Assembly (NCBI GenBank): GCA_043228905.1
Contig: JBHGNT010000005.1
Coordinates: forward strand, 7,006,001-7,070,000
Origin: Azolla caroliniana
Lineage: Eukaryota > Plantae > Polypodiophyta
Direction of reading: 5' to 3'
Length of the DNA: 64,000 nucleotides
The position numbers were made by a program, and so were the translations under genes. This document shows positions 1-13,660 of the stretch, piece after piece; positions within the stretch are counted from its first letter, which is position 1, and each line of letters starts with the position of its first letter. The notes beneath the pieces were generated by a model. That model saw only the letters and a program-made list of their open reading frames with translations. It had not been told where the DNA came from and searched no databases.

Positions 1-511
1 AGAATGACAAGATTCTTTGCCCACTAGCCCACTGACCATAGTTCCAAGAGAGTAGAGCTAATATGCAAACATATTGACCCAATCTTTGGCATCATAAGCT
101 AGTTTGTTGAGAAAGGAGAGTGGAATATTATTACTTGTCCACTACACGTAATATAAAAAGTTTCTTCTCTCACACTTATATCAAAGGGTGGAAGTTAATA
201 CATGTTCCTAGACAAAATGTGGTCACAACATAGACCCTTCTTATATGTTTATAAATGTGTCCCTACATGTAAAGAATCTCAAAATAGACTATGCAATCCA
301 ACCACACAACATACATTGTCACAAAACCACATGATTTTCTTAATGGCCATGACAAGGAGCACCGTGAAAGGAAAGTTACATGGTGATTTATATAAGGCTC
401 AGGACTAACCAAAGTATCTAAAATAGAATGATTAATCTCATTGGAAAATACTCAAGTGAACTACCTATCGTGAGAAAACTTGCTCAACACCAAATTTGGA
501 GTACTTGAAAA

Positions 512-718
512 GTGGAAGGGTTCAAAACAAATTTAGCAAGTTTATAACACAATATATGAGAGGCTTAAAGTGTGCCTTGTGAATAAGGAAGGGGTTCAAG
601 CCCATGTTTAATGGTGGAAGGGTTCAAAACATATTTAGCAAGTTTATAACACTCAATATATGCGAGGTTCAAAGAGTGCCTTGTGAGTAAGAAAGGGGTT
701 CAAGCCCATGTTTAATGG
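512..718. repeat. Two-copy ~102-bp direct tandem duplication
   Basis: gtggaagggttcaaaac...caagcccatgtttaatgg starts at 512 and again at 614, with scattered substitutions. Confidence 0.8.
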
Positions 719-2607
719 CACCTGAGAATTTAATGGGAATCAAGATAACACTTGAATATGTGAAAGGGCCCATGACCAAGTTTGGTGGTATTGTTGAAGA
801 TATTGTCAAGGATGACGAGAAAGGGCTAATGATAAAGTGAGAAGCATTTTGAGGCATGTGAAAGGGCAAGACCAAGAGTGCAATGATAGAAAGGAACCAT
901 GAATAAAAACTAGAAAGTCTTGAATTGTGAATAAAAAGGAGCTTAGGACCAAATCCAAGTGCGCTGCATATAATGTGACTCTAGATTAAAAGGCAATTGC
1001 CTAAAGGATGTAATCAACATTATACACATTAGGGAGGAAGTATACACAAGTAGCATAGCACATCGAGGGCAACTAATAGAAAGCCCAAAAGTTTGGAAAA
1101 TTGATCATATTTATACTTTGTGCTAGTTCCCATTCAAATTCCCCTAAATGCACACTATAATAATTTCCTTGTCCTATTGTCTCCGATTTTCAGATAAAGT
1201 TTCATGTCGTATGAAGACATAAATACACCCTTTAGAGTCAATCTCTTGATAATGGTTTTGCGTGTCATTTCAAACTTGTCGATGTAGATTTATATCCAAC
1301 CGATCTCTAGAAACACAACAATAATGAATATGGAATGGAAGACATTTAAACTAAAATAAGCGATTTTGTTTCACAACCCCACTAAATGCTATGGGGAAAT
1401 ACGAAAACATAATGTCTTATGGGAGGATAGAATCAATATTTTTATCAACATCACTTTTTGGATGTCTGATTTTAAGTTTCAAAAAAAGCTACAATAATCA
1501 AGTCGCTATAGAGCATTTTATATTTTCAGTTGGAAGTTATTACTACAACATGCTTAAAAACATGAATTTCAACATTTATTTTTAGCTCTTGTTAAATTTA
1601 CTTATGCTTGGTTGAAGTCTAGACTCTAAACTCTAAACACATTAATATTAAGAATAAGCATGTAATTTAACTTAAAATATACACGTGCGATTATGACGAT
1701 TAATTAACAATAACTCATGGGTATTGCTAATTTATAGTATTGTTGAGATAGGTTGTATTAACCACTGAATTTCATCATTAATAAGTGAGCATGTCTTGAT
1801 TGACAAAGTTAGGGGCTAATTAGCTCTTTGAATATGTCAATAGCACTAATATATAATGTTCATAATTACAACCATTAGGGCATTTAGGTGCATATTAATA
1901 TATTTTCTTAGCTCAAAGCTTCTTGTAAGTGTATGTTTGACCTTAGTGACATCCATGGCATGAGGAGCTCAAGTTTGACCAAGTATATAGGTATGTATAT
2001 ACTTTGAAAACAAAGCAACAATATTTTTAAATTCAATATAAATTAATAAACACATTTTGAGCATCAATATTATATTAGAGAATGAATGGTAAAAAATCGT
2101 GCCATGCTTGGCAATTCATTTTCTCGAAAGTCTATTCAATTGAGTATAATTCGGATACGCTTTATTCTAAAGACGAAGCGACATTCGTTTCAAAAGTATA
2201 AATACAGAGGGAGAGTAAACAAGTGGTGACACGACTTGGAGTTAAAAGAATAATCTCATCAACATGAATCATATGTATGTTGGCAATATAACCCAACAAA
2301 TTCATGCCACATTTGGTATCAGAGACATACCAATACATCATTTGTCCAATGAAAAAATATCTATAAAAATCCCACGACACCTCATTGGAGTCAATCAAAA
2401 TGTTGCCATGTTAATGCCATTCTTGGAGTATGTACATAAAGTCATCACCAATTAACTTCCATGATGTTACCATCATCCTTGGCAGTTTGTGAAGTTGAAT
2501 ATGTATGTGATGTTGGCGAGGTGATCACGTGGCGCATGTAAGCTAAGTGAACAATGGAATCTCTTGAGATGCATTAGACCTCTAAATATGCATTTATTCT
2601 ACTATTA

Positions 2608-2611
<4 letters not shown>

Positions 2612-2649
<38 letters not shown>
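2612..2649. repeat. (CA)n microsatellite upstream of the P450
   Basis: Uninterrupted CA run; a G-box CACGTG lies at 2526. Confidence 0.95.
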
Positions 2650-2653
<4 letters not shown>

Positions 2654-2784
2654 TATGAATATATAAGCATAAGATATATGAGAAATAAGTATCACACTTA
2701 TAAGGCTACTTATATATATGTGTGTGCGTGCGTGCATGCGTGTAAGGCTTGTTAAGTGTGACATGGTAAGAGAGTGAGTGCCTA

Positions 2785-4540
2785 ATGCCCTCCAACTCAA
2801 AAAGTATGATAGTGTTCCTAGAGCCCTATTGGCAACCACATCTCGTTCTGGTATTTGTGGTCATATTCATCATTGTAACACTAGGACAATGGGTAGGATG
2901 GGTGGTGCTCAAGCCATGGAACAGGTTGCCACCCGGACCATTCCCTATACCAATCTTGGGGAACATACTCCATATTGCCATGTCCCCATTACCACATCGG
3001 TCCCTAGCCATACTCGGCCGACGTTATGGCCCTGTCCTATTCCTTCGCCTGGGTTCCACGCCGACAATTGTAGTGTCCAGCCCGAGTGTCGCTCGACACA
3101 TCTTTCACACCCACGATAAAGTCTTTGCAGGCCGGCCGCATACCCAAACTACAGAACACCTCTTCTACGGGGGCGACAAGGCCGCCTTCACATCTTCCTA
3201 CGGATCCTCTTGGAGGTTCGTCCGCAAACTCTACACCACCCACATCCTCGGCATCACTTCCTGTCACATCCAACAGCTCCATTTCCCGATCATTGTCGAC
3301 GAGGCACGGCACCTCGTCCGTCGTCTCTACACCACATCTACATCCTTGGCCTATCGGGACACGCTTCCGATCGATCTTACCTCATGCATCTACACCCTTG
3401 CAGAGGACATCATTTGTCGCCTCGTCATTCGCCAACGTGCACACGATCTGATGTCTCCAATGGCTAGCTCCCATGGTGGACATGGAGAACATCTTAGCTT
3501 GGGCAAATTCATTGAGGAGGGGGCTTCACTCTGGGGTGCCGGCCTTATGGGCGACACGATTCCTCTCCTCAGCTTCCTCGACTACACGCGCAAGCGTGCC
3601 ATGAGCAAATGGTTCTTGTCATTCGACGCCATTTTGGAGCCCATTTTGTCGAAACGGGAGGCCGAAGCGGAAGCAGACACTCTGATTTCTAATGGACATG
3701 CCAATGAGCCACCACCACCCAAGGACATTCTTGATGTCTTTCTTGCATGCGATCCTCCACTCCATAGAGATATGATGAAGGAGATGATGTTGGTGAGTAT
3801 TGGTTTTTCACAATCCTGGGAGGTTTTAATGTGTGTGCGTGTGTGGCATTTAAAAGATGTGGAGTGTGCATGATGTTTTAATGCAGGAATTGCTGATGGG
3901 AGGGATCGGCACATTGGCCATCACTTTGGATTGGGCGATGGCCGAAATCCTGGCGAGTCCGCGAGTTCTCCGGAAGCTTCAGGAGGAATTGGACAGTGTG
4001 GTGGGGAAGGAGAGGATGGTGGAGATGGAGGATCTTCCCAAGCTCCCCTACATGAAGGCGGTTGTCAAAGAAACTCTTCGGAAGCATCCACCAGTGCCAT
4101 TTCTACTCCCACACATGTCCATGGAAGCTTGTGAGTTGAGTGTGGACGAAGGCGGGGTGGGTCCGTATAGGATCCCGAAAGGAACCACAATGTTGATGAA
4201 CGTGTGGGCGATTGGAAATGACCCCACTACATGGGAGTCTCCCGACAAGTTCTTGCCCGAGAGGTTTATGGTGGGCGGTTGCGCCCACATTGATGTCCGT
4301 GGGCAACACTTTGAGCTTCTGCCGTTCGGAGGCGGACGGAGAATTTGCCCGTCTATAGGATTGGCTTTGGGCATAGTGGAAGTTTGTGTGGCTTGCCTAA
4401 CACATTGCTTCCAATGGGCTATCGATGATGTCGAGGTCGATATGAGGGAAGAATTCGGGATGTCCCTTCCCCGTAAGGCTCCTTTACTTGCCATACCTGG
4501 GAGCTTTCGGCTCACAAAAATTGACGACTTTGGGATTTGA
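2785..4540 (+). CDS. Cytochrome P450, CYP71-clan (A-type)-like; exons 2785-3792 and 3887-4540, ~553 aa
   Basis: N-terminal TM anchor, LPPGPFPIPILGN hinge, WRFVR C-helix, ETLR K-helix, PERF, heme motif FGGGRRICPS. Single phase-0 GT..AG intron 3793-3886 just before the I-helix, as in A-type P450s. Start could be the later ATG (MIVFLE). Confidence 0.93.
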
Positions 4541-6388
4541 TAATGATTGAGATATCATCCGTGTCCTTACAATGATGGTCTTTAGGCCTCACTAGTGTGT
4601 CCTTATGATCATCTTTAGGCCTCACCAAGGTGGTGTGTACAAAATGCATATATAAGTACAAAGTATGCATGTAAAGTTGGTTACTTTGCGAGCTTCGGGG
4701 CATTAGATACCCCACATTAGATACCCCACAAATAAGCCTGTGTTTGCATGTACATACGCTACTCGTGGGTAGGTGGCTAATAAGATCCCGTTTGTATATG
4801 TATCGGCACATGCTACTAATAGGTTATGGTAATGTCTACTTAGATTTCTATGTAGTTTTCTTCTGTGTACAAAATGTACATGCACTGGTGAGTACTTTTT
4901 ATCATCGCCTCATTGCTCAAGCAAATCTTCATAGAAATACTTTCCACAAACACTTTGAAGCTCATGTTTGTGAAATTGTGGATACAACAATCAAGGGTGC
5001 TATCCAACGAAAACTTAAACTAGTTCAACAACGATGAATGACATTTTTTTCGTATACACTTTTCGTGTGGTCATTTTTAAGCGTTAAGTGCATCGCTAAT
5101 TTGCTTGATCTAAGCAATCAATATTTCCTCAAGCAAGGAATTCATGGTTCTATAATCATGCAAGTATCATCAATGTTGTTAAGAATAGTACTTCTTCTCA
5201 TAGTAATTTTGGAATACTTGTGTTAATGCTCCTTGGATAGGTGAAATGAGCACATATGTTGGCATTGCTTTTCTCTATAGAATTTGAAAGTGAAATATAA
5301 ATAAATAATGGAAAAATCCTTGCATAATAAGGATTATCTTTTCATGTTTGATCTAGGCGGATCATTTAGGTTTGTAATAAATATTGGTACTAGCTATAGA
5401 TCGATGCCTACCTTCAGTTCGGTTTTTGAATCTTGGAACCAATCCCAATTGATCAAACCATTTATACATAATAAAATGAAAGCCAAGTATTAGAAATTGA
5501 CAAGCCATCAATTTGAGTTATCGAGCCATCAAATTGATAAACCAATTGAATGTTAAACAAGAACTTTGGGATGTGCCTTACTTGTGCAAATATGCCTTGC
5601 CGTGATCAACTTAGAGTAATATTAGATGTTGGGTTGAATTGAAATGCGAGATTCCGATTCATTGCCTTACCACGTTCTATGTGCTCTTGCATAGGTTTAG
5701 AAGTTTGTAAATGGTTTGGTTCGTCTTGGCTTGGGGATTGAAGGGTTAGTTTTGAGCTTTTATTGACTAGTGGTTTATATAGTTCTAAGCCATAACTTAA
5801 TAATTTAGAGGACATTTTTAAAATATTTATAAATATACAAATTAGTTTATAAATTATAAACTATATAATATGTATTATAAAATTTTAACATGGACCTCTA
5901 ACCATTCCTTTAAGCTTTTTCTTTTGAAATACATAGTTCTTTTAGCCATTTGGCTAAAGTTGAAATTGAACCGTGAAAATACAGTGTAACAACTTAATGA
6001 GTTGCAGATCTCTTGATCCATTTAGTTTGAGCTTAAAAATCCCTCAAATGTGGTCTTTCTATTTTACCAGTTTTTGGTTCAAGTTTCAAAAAATTTTAAA
6101 AATTTAATTTGAAAATATTAGAGTTTGATATTCCTAAACTAAATCAAACCAAGCCGTTGCTGATTACAAGAATTACTTTGAGCGATTAAAGCAAGTTTAA
6201 AATCTAGTCCCGAGTCCTGACTCAAGCATTAAACAAGTTTGGGCATACTTTAAAATCTACCCACATAAAACATCTCTGGGATATTCTTTGGTAAAATGTC
6301 TATATCCTTCATTATGGTTAGCTTTAGCATTTAACCATTTATTGACATACATATATATAATATATATATGTCAAGAACTGTGCAACAT

Positions 6389-6586
6389 TGAAGGGCACCG
6401 GTTTTAGCTATAGGTATCCACTTACATTAAGTCGTCAGTCCAAAAGGCTATGTAAGTAGTCTCATTTTCTTGAACTTGATCGGAGGGAGATTCCTCGATT
6501 TGTGTATAAGCCTCCTTGTATAGTCTCTTTGTAATAATCCGTCCTAACTAATGGGAAAGTAACTTCATTTTGGAAAAATAAATAAA
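6389..6586 (+). mobile_element. Isolated copy of the LINE-A 3' UTR/tail (5'-truncated insertion or LINE-derived SINE)
   Basis: Aligns by eye with 20022-20206 (e.g. tagtctcattttcttgaacttgatcggagggagattcc...aactaatgggaaagta.cttcattttggaaaa) and ends in an A-rich tail. Confidence 0.85.
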
Positions 6587-8845
6587 TTGTGCAATTGACA
6601 AAAATTCTAAACATATTGAACAACCACGAGAAAAACTTATGCCTTAGAGCTGAATAGAAAATTTATTTGTAGGTAAACATTTATAACTTTTGAATTTCCT
6701 TGACATTTATATATATCATGTTTACTTGAATTGAATATATGGACATTTTCAAGGCTCCATAACATAAAAAAGTTTCTCCCCAAAAAACAAAAAACAGAAC
6801 CATAGAGTGCAATGGTGGGAGAAACCTGAACTTCCAACAGAACCCACTGTGCTACATGAAGAAGGTGGAACAGATCTTGACATCACCTTGTCCCTAGAGG
6901 CCAATCGGCTCTTAGCAGAGGAAATTGAATGCCTACGTTGTACTTCCTTTGTATGTAGGTTCCTTACAGGTAGACCAAGTCGTGGCATGGTTCAGGACAT
7001 GCTCCAAGTGGTTGTGATGGAAAACATGCCTCTTATCAAGAGCGTCCGAGGTTTAGGGAAAAATTTCTTCCACATTGAATTGGGTGATGGCGTGCTGGCG
7101 CAACCATTGGGTGATGGCACGCTGCCTCCAACTGTGGTCACCAAGGTTCAATCCAATTGAGGAGTTGCGGAAACTTAACAATCCTAGGGTGATCACTGCA
7201 ACATTTCCTGGCCTCCCTCCCCACTTGTGCCATTTGCTCCCTTTTTTTGGCGAACAAATAGGGACGATTTGCCCTAAAAAAATGTCCATGGCAGATATAG
7301 TAGCGGAGGTGCCCAAGCTACGCATCTTAGTGCCTTCCCTCCATGGACTTCCAACAAGAATTAGGCTCTCCTCTGAGGAGCTAGGTCTCACAATGGTGAA
7401 TGTGGTTTATGAGGGACTCCCTGGGCAGTGTTTCATTCGCAAACTGAAAGGGCACCTAGCTAAGGAATTTCCTCATAAGATTGGAAAGGGAAGCTCGGGA
7501 CCTCGAACCTCAGGGAAGGCCGTGCCACCGAAGGGCAGCGAGGCTCCTTGGCACCCCGTTAAGAAGCAGGGGAAACTTCGAAGCCTAGGTGCAACCTCTC
7601 CCCCCCTCTTTCAAGACTGTCCCGTAGAAAGAAGTTCTCCTACCTTGTCACTAGCAAGTGTGGACAAACAACCCTTGAAACGGATGAAGATCCTCTCGGG
7701 GACTACGGAGGCGCACAACCTAAAGGTGAGAGCGTCCAACAGATTTACATTGCTCCAAGGGCTAGGGGATGGCGACCCAGAAGCGTTGGCAGCAACGTTG
7801 TCCCCATGTGAATCCTTGTCCCCCAAGCTCGTGTTCTCCACCCTAATGGAGATGCAACCACAACTGGTATCGTCCAGCCCGGAGGAGATGTTGACAAAGG
7901 CCCCCCTCATGATGGAATGTGAATGTGGTGGTGACCTCAGATTAGTGAAGTCATGGATCCGGACGGGCACGATCAAGGGAAAAATAGGCAGACCATCACC
8001 TGGTTTGGCGACGTCTCTCTAGGCTAGAGGGGTGTAGGATATGCAATCGCTTAGGAGCCAAACTGTATCGCGGGAACTATTTGAAGCGAGCCGAGAACGA
8101 CAAGCTAGGAATCCCTTAGGGGCTCTCCAATCTACTATGGAGTCCCTTCTCCCAGAAGTAGATGATAGTTTGCCCCTTGACATGGGGGTCAACCCCGACA
8201 TGGGCATCAACCTCACTGCCTTCAGATGAGGATCCTAACGTGGAATGTGCAAGGCCTTGGGGAGGCTGGCAACAACATGAGTGCAAAAGACTTCAGGAGG
8301 AGTTGAATCCCCTTAATATAGGGGGCAACATTAACATATTGCTTTTGCAGGAACACCACCTCTCTCAAGAGAGAACTCAGAGCCTAGCAAATCCCTTGTC
8401 GGGTGGATGGACCACATGGTGGTTGGTTGCAGAGGGTGACCTCCACTGAAGAGGAGAGGTCTGCATCTCGATTAGTGATCAGGCCCGTTACAAAGTAACA
8501 TCACATGGCACACTGGTGGCGGGTAGAGCCTTATATGTGCTTTTGAAATGGAACCGCCTTCAGATTGGGGTGCTAAACATTTATGCCCCTAACTCTTCCC
8601 CTGAGAGAGCAATCTTTTGGAGTATGCTAGCAACAACATTGCTTGATGCAGAGGCGTAGGTAATGGCTGAAGATTTCAACATGATTGAGCACCTTGGAGA
8701 TAGGAAAGGGGGGACCCAAAGACCGCTTCATGGTGCGGAGTTGGACTCATGGGCTTTCCTAATTGGCAAAATTGGGGTGAAGGATACATGGGGCTCTTCC
8801 CTTAGGAGATGCTCACATTCGCTACACTACTCCCGAGTTGCCGTG

Positions 8846-9288
8846 TGTTTAGATATCAAGCTCAACTAGTTTAATCTAGTTAGTCAACACATGTAACTTA
8901 GTAGTTACCTAGATCGAATCTAGTTAATGTGTTGACCTTAAGCCTTTAAATAGGACCTTGTACTTAAGTGGGATATTCTAGATCCTCCACTCCTTAGTAC
9001 ATTTAATGTAGGACTTACACATAAGTACCTATGTTCTACCCTCACATGTGCACCTTTGCACATGGGTTGTATATATACCTCATTGTGGGTATTTTTGTAT
9101 GTTGATGACACTTTTCAATATAGTCAATCATCCCCCATTTATTTTCGTGTTCATAAGTAGAACTTCCTCTCTCTCTCTCTCTTCCTCTCACACACTCTCA
9201 CGTGCATATCATACTAATCTTCCATTGCTTAACGTAACCATATAATTAGTCTCTAATTAACCATAGTTAATTACCTAATTACTTCACA
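8846..9288. mobile_element. Solo LTR inserted in the LINE-A endonuclease
   Basis: TG...CA ends, perfect 5-bp TSD CCGTG (8841-8845 / 9289-9293). Removing it restores the frame YSRVAVNARGGSLARLDRIY. Confidence 0.88.
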
Positions 9289-12200
9289 CCGTGAATGCTA
9301 GGGGTGGTAGTCTTGCACGGCTAGACCGCATATACATCAGCTCGTCCCTCGAAGAGTTGGGGGGCTCCTTCGCTATCTTGATAGGTCTTACCTTCTCGGA
9401 TCACCAGCCGATGAGACTAGACCTTAACCCACCCCGCGGTAGTAAGGGGAGTTTCAATGTGAAAATCCCCACAAAGATCATGAAGAGTGGAAAGGTGAAA
9501 GCAGGGTTGTAGAGCATATGGAGGGAGACCATTGTAAGTGAATCGGCTAGTGAGGATTTGCAGAAGAAATTTGCCCTCTCCTCCTCCTTTTTACAACAGG
9601 AAACCAAGTTGGCCCTCTAGCAGGCTAGAGCCATTGAAACAAAATTACGGAAGTCCGTTGTGGTCGTGCAACAGTTGCTACAAGCAAACCCTAGCTGCAA
9701 TTGGTCTAGAGCTAAGCTGGAGGAAGCAAAGATGAAGCTGCGGGAAAGGTCGTTGGAGAAGAACCAAATGCTATTTCGAAGGACCGCATCATGGTTGGCG
9801 AGAATAGATGACAAGGTCAACCATCATTTCTTTCACTCCAGGGCACCGAAGGGTGGTGGTGGACGTATACAAGGGCTACGCAAACCAAACGACTCAATAA
9901 CGGAGGACAAGGATGAGATTCTGCGTATGGCAACACAATACTATCGTGACCTGCTCGCACCTATGCATATGCGGCAAAACACGGAGCTGGCTAAGAGGTT
10001 GTTGGCTGAGAGGTTGCATTCACCCCAAGGTAACCCATGAGATTGAAGTTATGCTCGATAGCCCCATTTCTCGATTAGAACTCTCGGAGGCACTTAGGGA
10101 TTTGCAGAGAGGAGCATGCCCGACCCCGACGGTCTCTCACGAGATTTTTTTGAGATTCATTGGGAAACTGTTATCCCGTCATTGGAAACCGGGATTCAAG
10201 AAATTTGGACCTCATGAGCGATGCCAACTGGCCTGATTGAGGGGATGATCTATCTCATCCCTAAAGTGGCAGGGCGAAGCCTCGAGCTGCGCCAATGGCG
10301 TCCAATCACGATCCTTAACACGATATACAAGATACTCGCAAAAGTCCTAGCTAGGCGGATAGCGAGCTTCCTACCTGACATCATACATGAGAATCAAATA
10401 GGGTTTATTAGGGGTAGATGTATTTTGGATAATGTGCTACTTCTCTGGGAAGTTATGGTATTGGCAGACCGCGTCGTATCGAGCTCGGCTATTCTGATGT
10501 TAAACTTTGAGAAGGCCTACGACAAGGTGCTATGGCCCTTTTTGGAAAGAGTGATGAGAGTTATGGGCCTTCCCCAACAATGGAGGAATTGCACTTCTGC
10601 ACTCTATCGGATTGCTACCAGTAGCTTGTACGTGTTGGTATCTGGTGCTAGGGGCCCCGCCTTCCAACTACATCGCTCAGTGAGGCAAGGTTGTCCCCTA
10701 ACCCCATATCTTTATCTATTTGTAACCGAGGCTTTCTTTGCCTACTTACAATAACCAAGTAGCGGACTGAGGGGATGGCCCATCCCCAATGTGAATATGC
10801 CGAAGATACAATCCTTTTCTTGCAGGGCGATGATTCAAATTTGCAGCGAGCTGAACATCTTGTTGAGGACTTTTGTCAAGCTGTTGGTACCAAGGTCAAT
10901 TGGGATAAAACCCAAGGCCTCGGGTTCAGCGAACAAGAGAAGCCAAGGTGGCATCTCCGTGCTGATTTTGCATGGGTCCCTGATGGGATGACATTCAAGT
11001 ACCTCAGATTTACGATGGGGAAGGCAATCTCCAAGGGAGCACAATTGTCCCATGTGCAAGCCAAACTAAGCAAGAAGCTAAACCAATGGAGTAGATCAAA
11101 ACTATCCTTCGCTGGTAGGGTTCTTATTGCGAACTTGCGAACCAAGTGATGCTCACCACCATGTGGCACTCAGTCTCCAACTGGATTATGGACCCTTCAC
11201 GTTTGCACGCGATTAAGGCTACCATCAGGGGGTTTATATGGTTAGGTAACGACAACTCGATGGCTGCCACCAAAGTGTCATGGCATTGGTTAACTCAACC
11301 GCAGGCCAAAGGGGGGCTTGGCCTCATAGACCCCTTAATGCAGAGCCGAGCGTTGCTAGCCAAAATGGTGGTTCGATGCCTCCTGCCAGGTAAGGGGTGT
11401 TGAAAGGTTCTACTTTGTAATAGGTTCTAGGCAGGGACTCCCAAGTATGGTAGGCCTTGGCCTGACTCCTTGAATTGGTGTTGCATGAGCAGAGTTCCAC
11501 CCAAGATGGCTTGTCTTCTGGAGGAGAGGGTCACGAAATCCATCTTGCGGGCATGGTGTCACGTACGACATCATTTGGTCAAGCACACGCCGGAGTCACT
11601 AATCGAGTGGTCTAGACAACTGTTATTTTGGAACCCTCAGGTGTGAACAAGTGACGACATGATGTTAGGCCAGCTTAAGGGCCTAGCATGGGGAAAGCTG
11701 GCACAAACAGGCCTCCACTCTATAAATGATTGGAGACGCACAATGGCTTTATGAGCAGCCTAGGAGGTCCCATTCCCTCCCCTCAAGGGAGCCATGAAAA
11801 TGCGGAGATTGATAGCTGAGGCAATTGATTGGGTTCCGATGGGGGAGGTGAGAGAAGATGCTTGGTTCGGTCTCTTTGATGAGGCTGGAAGGGTTAAGTT
11901 GTTGAACGGCATGAGCGGATCGGGAAGAGATACAATTTTTGGGGAGAGTCAAAGTAGGGGCTCTTGGCACCCAATCCGCATGGTGTCGCAGGTTGGTAAC
12001 ATCTGGAAGACAGACCCGGATGTTGCTAAGGTGGAACCCCATTGGAAGTTATGGGTATATGGTTGTCGTCCGCTCGTCGAACTAGAATGGGACCCAAGGT
12101 ATTTCAGGTGGAAACATGATGGCAGATTTCGCCATTTCTTCGAGTACAACACTAAACTGGACCAGACTTTTCAACTGCAGCTAGACGGCCCCTTACGCAA

Positions 12201-12502
12201 TGGTTGGCATACATTGGACATCCCTGATGAGGTGCTCATTACCTTTTGGAAGGGTCTCTAGCGTCTCCACATGCCGGAAAAGATAAAGTTTTTTTGGTGG
12301 CAAATCGGTCATAATGTCGTTGCCGTTGGCAAATGGCTAGGTAAACGTGGCGGCCCGTTAGGCTGCCCACTTTGCCATTCACCTATTGAGACTCTGAGGC
12401 ATTGTCTGTGGGATTGCCCTCAAGCTCAAAAGGTATGGTATAGAGTGACTCACCTCCTTGCGGCATGTGAAGTGGAAGGAACAACATCGTGGAGTGCTGC
12501 GA

Positions 12503-12976
12503 TGTTATGTACACATAACGTTAGTGAGGGTAGGTCACTAATATTTACATTAGTGAAGGGTATGTTCACTATTATTAAAAAGGGGACTAATGATTGGATA
12601 GAATGAATGATATGTGCATGCACTATCATGATTTAGACAACCAATGAATAGAGAGCCTTTTAGAAAGGCACATCTATTCAAGGGGCCTAGGAAAAGGTAT
12701 AAATATGAGGCTTAGCTACCCTCATAGGGATCATCACGTCGGAAGGCTGCTGTCGTAGACACCGGTGGTGCGGGCTAGGCTTTCGTCTCGACGATCGTGT
12801 TTATCTCTTCCAGGGTATTAGTCATCCTAATATCCGGCGGTATGGGACGTCGGTGGTAGGTTGGCTATGTCTAGATCATAGCTCGGGGGTGGTCGGGTGG
12901 AACGGGTTCTTCTATCCAATCTATTTTCTTCCTTTTTACTTGATTTGGTCTATTGATTAGTAATAGACTCTTAACA
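12503..12976 (+). repeat. 5' LTR of the chromovirus
   Basis: tgttatgtac...ctcttaaca; near-identical to 19064-19537 (3 substitutions seen). Confidence 0.97.
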
Positions 12977-12977
12977 G

Positions 12978-12989
12978 TGGTATCAGAGC
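12978..12989 (+). promoter_or_regulatory. Primer-binding site (tRNA-iMet)
   Basis: TGGTATCAGAGC one base after the LTR end. Confidence 0.95.
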
Positions 12990-13221
12990 TTTTACTAACA
13001 ATTTTTTTGTTGTTTTGATGTTTTTTGCGTGTGAGCGAGGGGGATCTAACAAGGCTCGTCATGCTCTTCTCAGGATCAAAACAACACTCTAAACCCGGTA
13101 TTCTTCTTTTTTGATCTCTTCTCTTTTTCTATTATGCGTTCTTTATGGTCGAATCAAATTGGTATTACGTTTTATTCTCTTTCTTTCTACCTCCTACTAC
13201 GCTACGATTTTACTTATTATT

Positions 13222-13660
13222 ATGCATCGGGCCGAGCGTGTTTGCACTAATCGCACACGCTCAACTCATGGCCTTTTGCATATTGCGATATATATCCCAC
13301 TCTCTCCTCTCTTGAACTCTTACGATAATAATTATTCTTGTGCATTGGGTCGAGCGTGTTTGCTCTAATCGCACACGCTTATCTCATGGCCGTTTTGCAT
13401 ATGATGTTGAGTATACCACTCTTCCCCTCTATTGAGCCATCACTTGGCCGATTCTAAGGGATGATGTGGCCTTGACGAGGTGTATGTTGCCTACCTATGC
13501 CACTCTACTCTCTATTAAGCCATCAATTGGCCGATTCTAAGGGATGATGTGGCCTTGACGAGGTATATGTCACTTACCTATGCCACTTTCCTCTTTAATT
13601 AGCCATTACTTGGCCGATTCTAGGGATAAGTGGTGGTCTTGAGGAGGTGCATGTCAACTA
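13222..13660 (+). repeat. Tandem repeats in the chromovirus leader (2 x ~118 bp, then 3 x ~82 bp)
   Basis: cgagcgtgtttgc.ctaatcgcacacgct twice; ttggccgattcta.ggga three times. Confidence 0.85.

Noticed and set aside
2778-4515. Antisense or alternative-frame ORFs over the P450 genes
   Set aside because: Shadow ORFs of GC-rich coding sequence.
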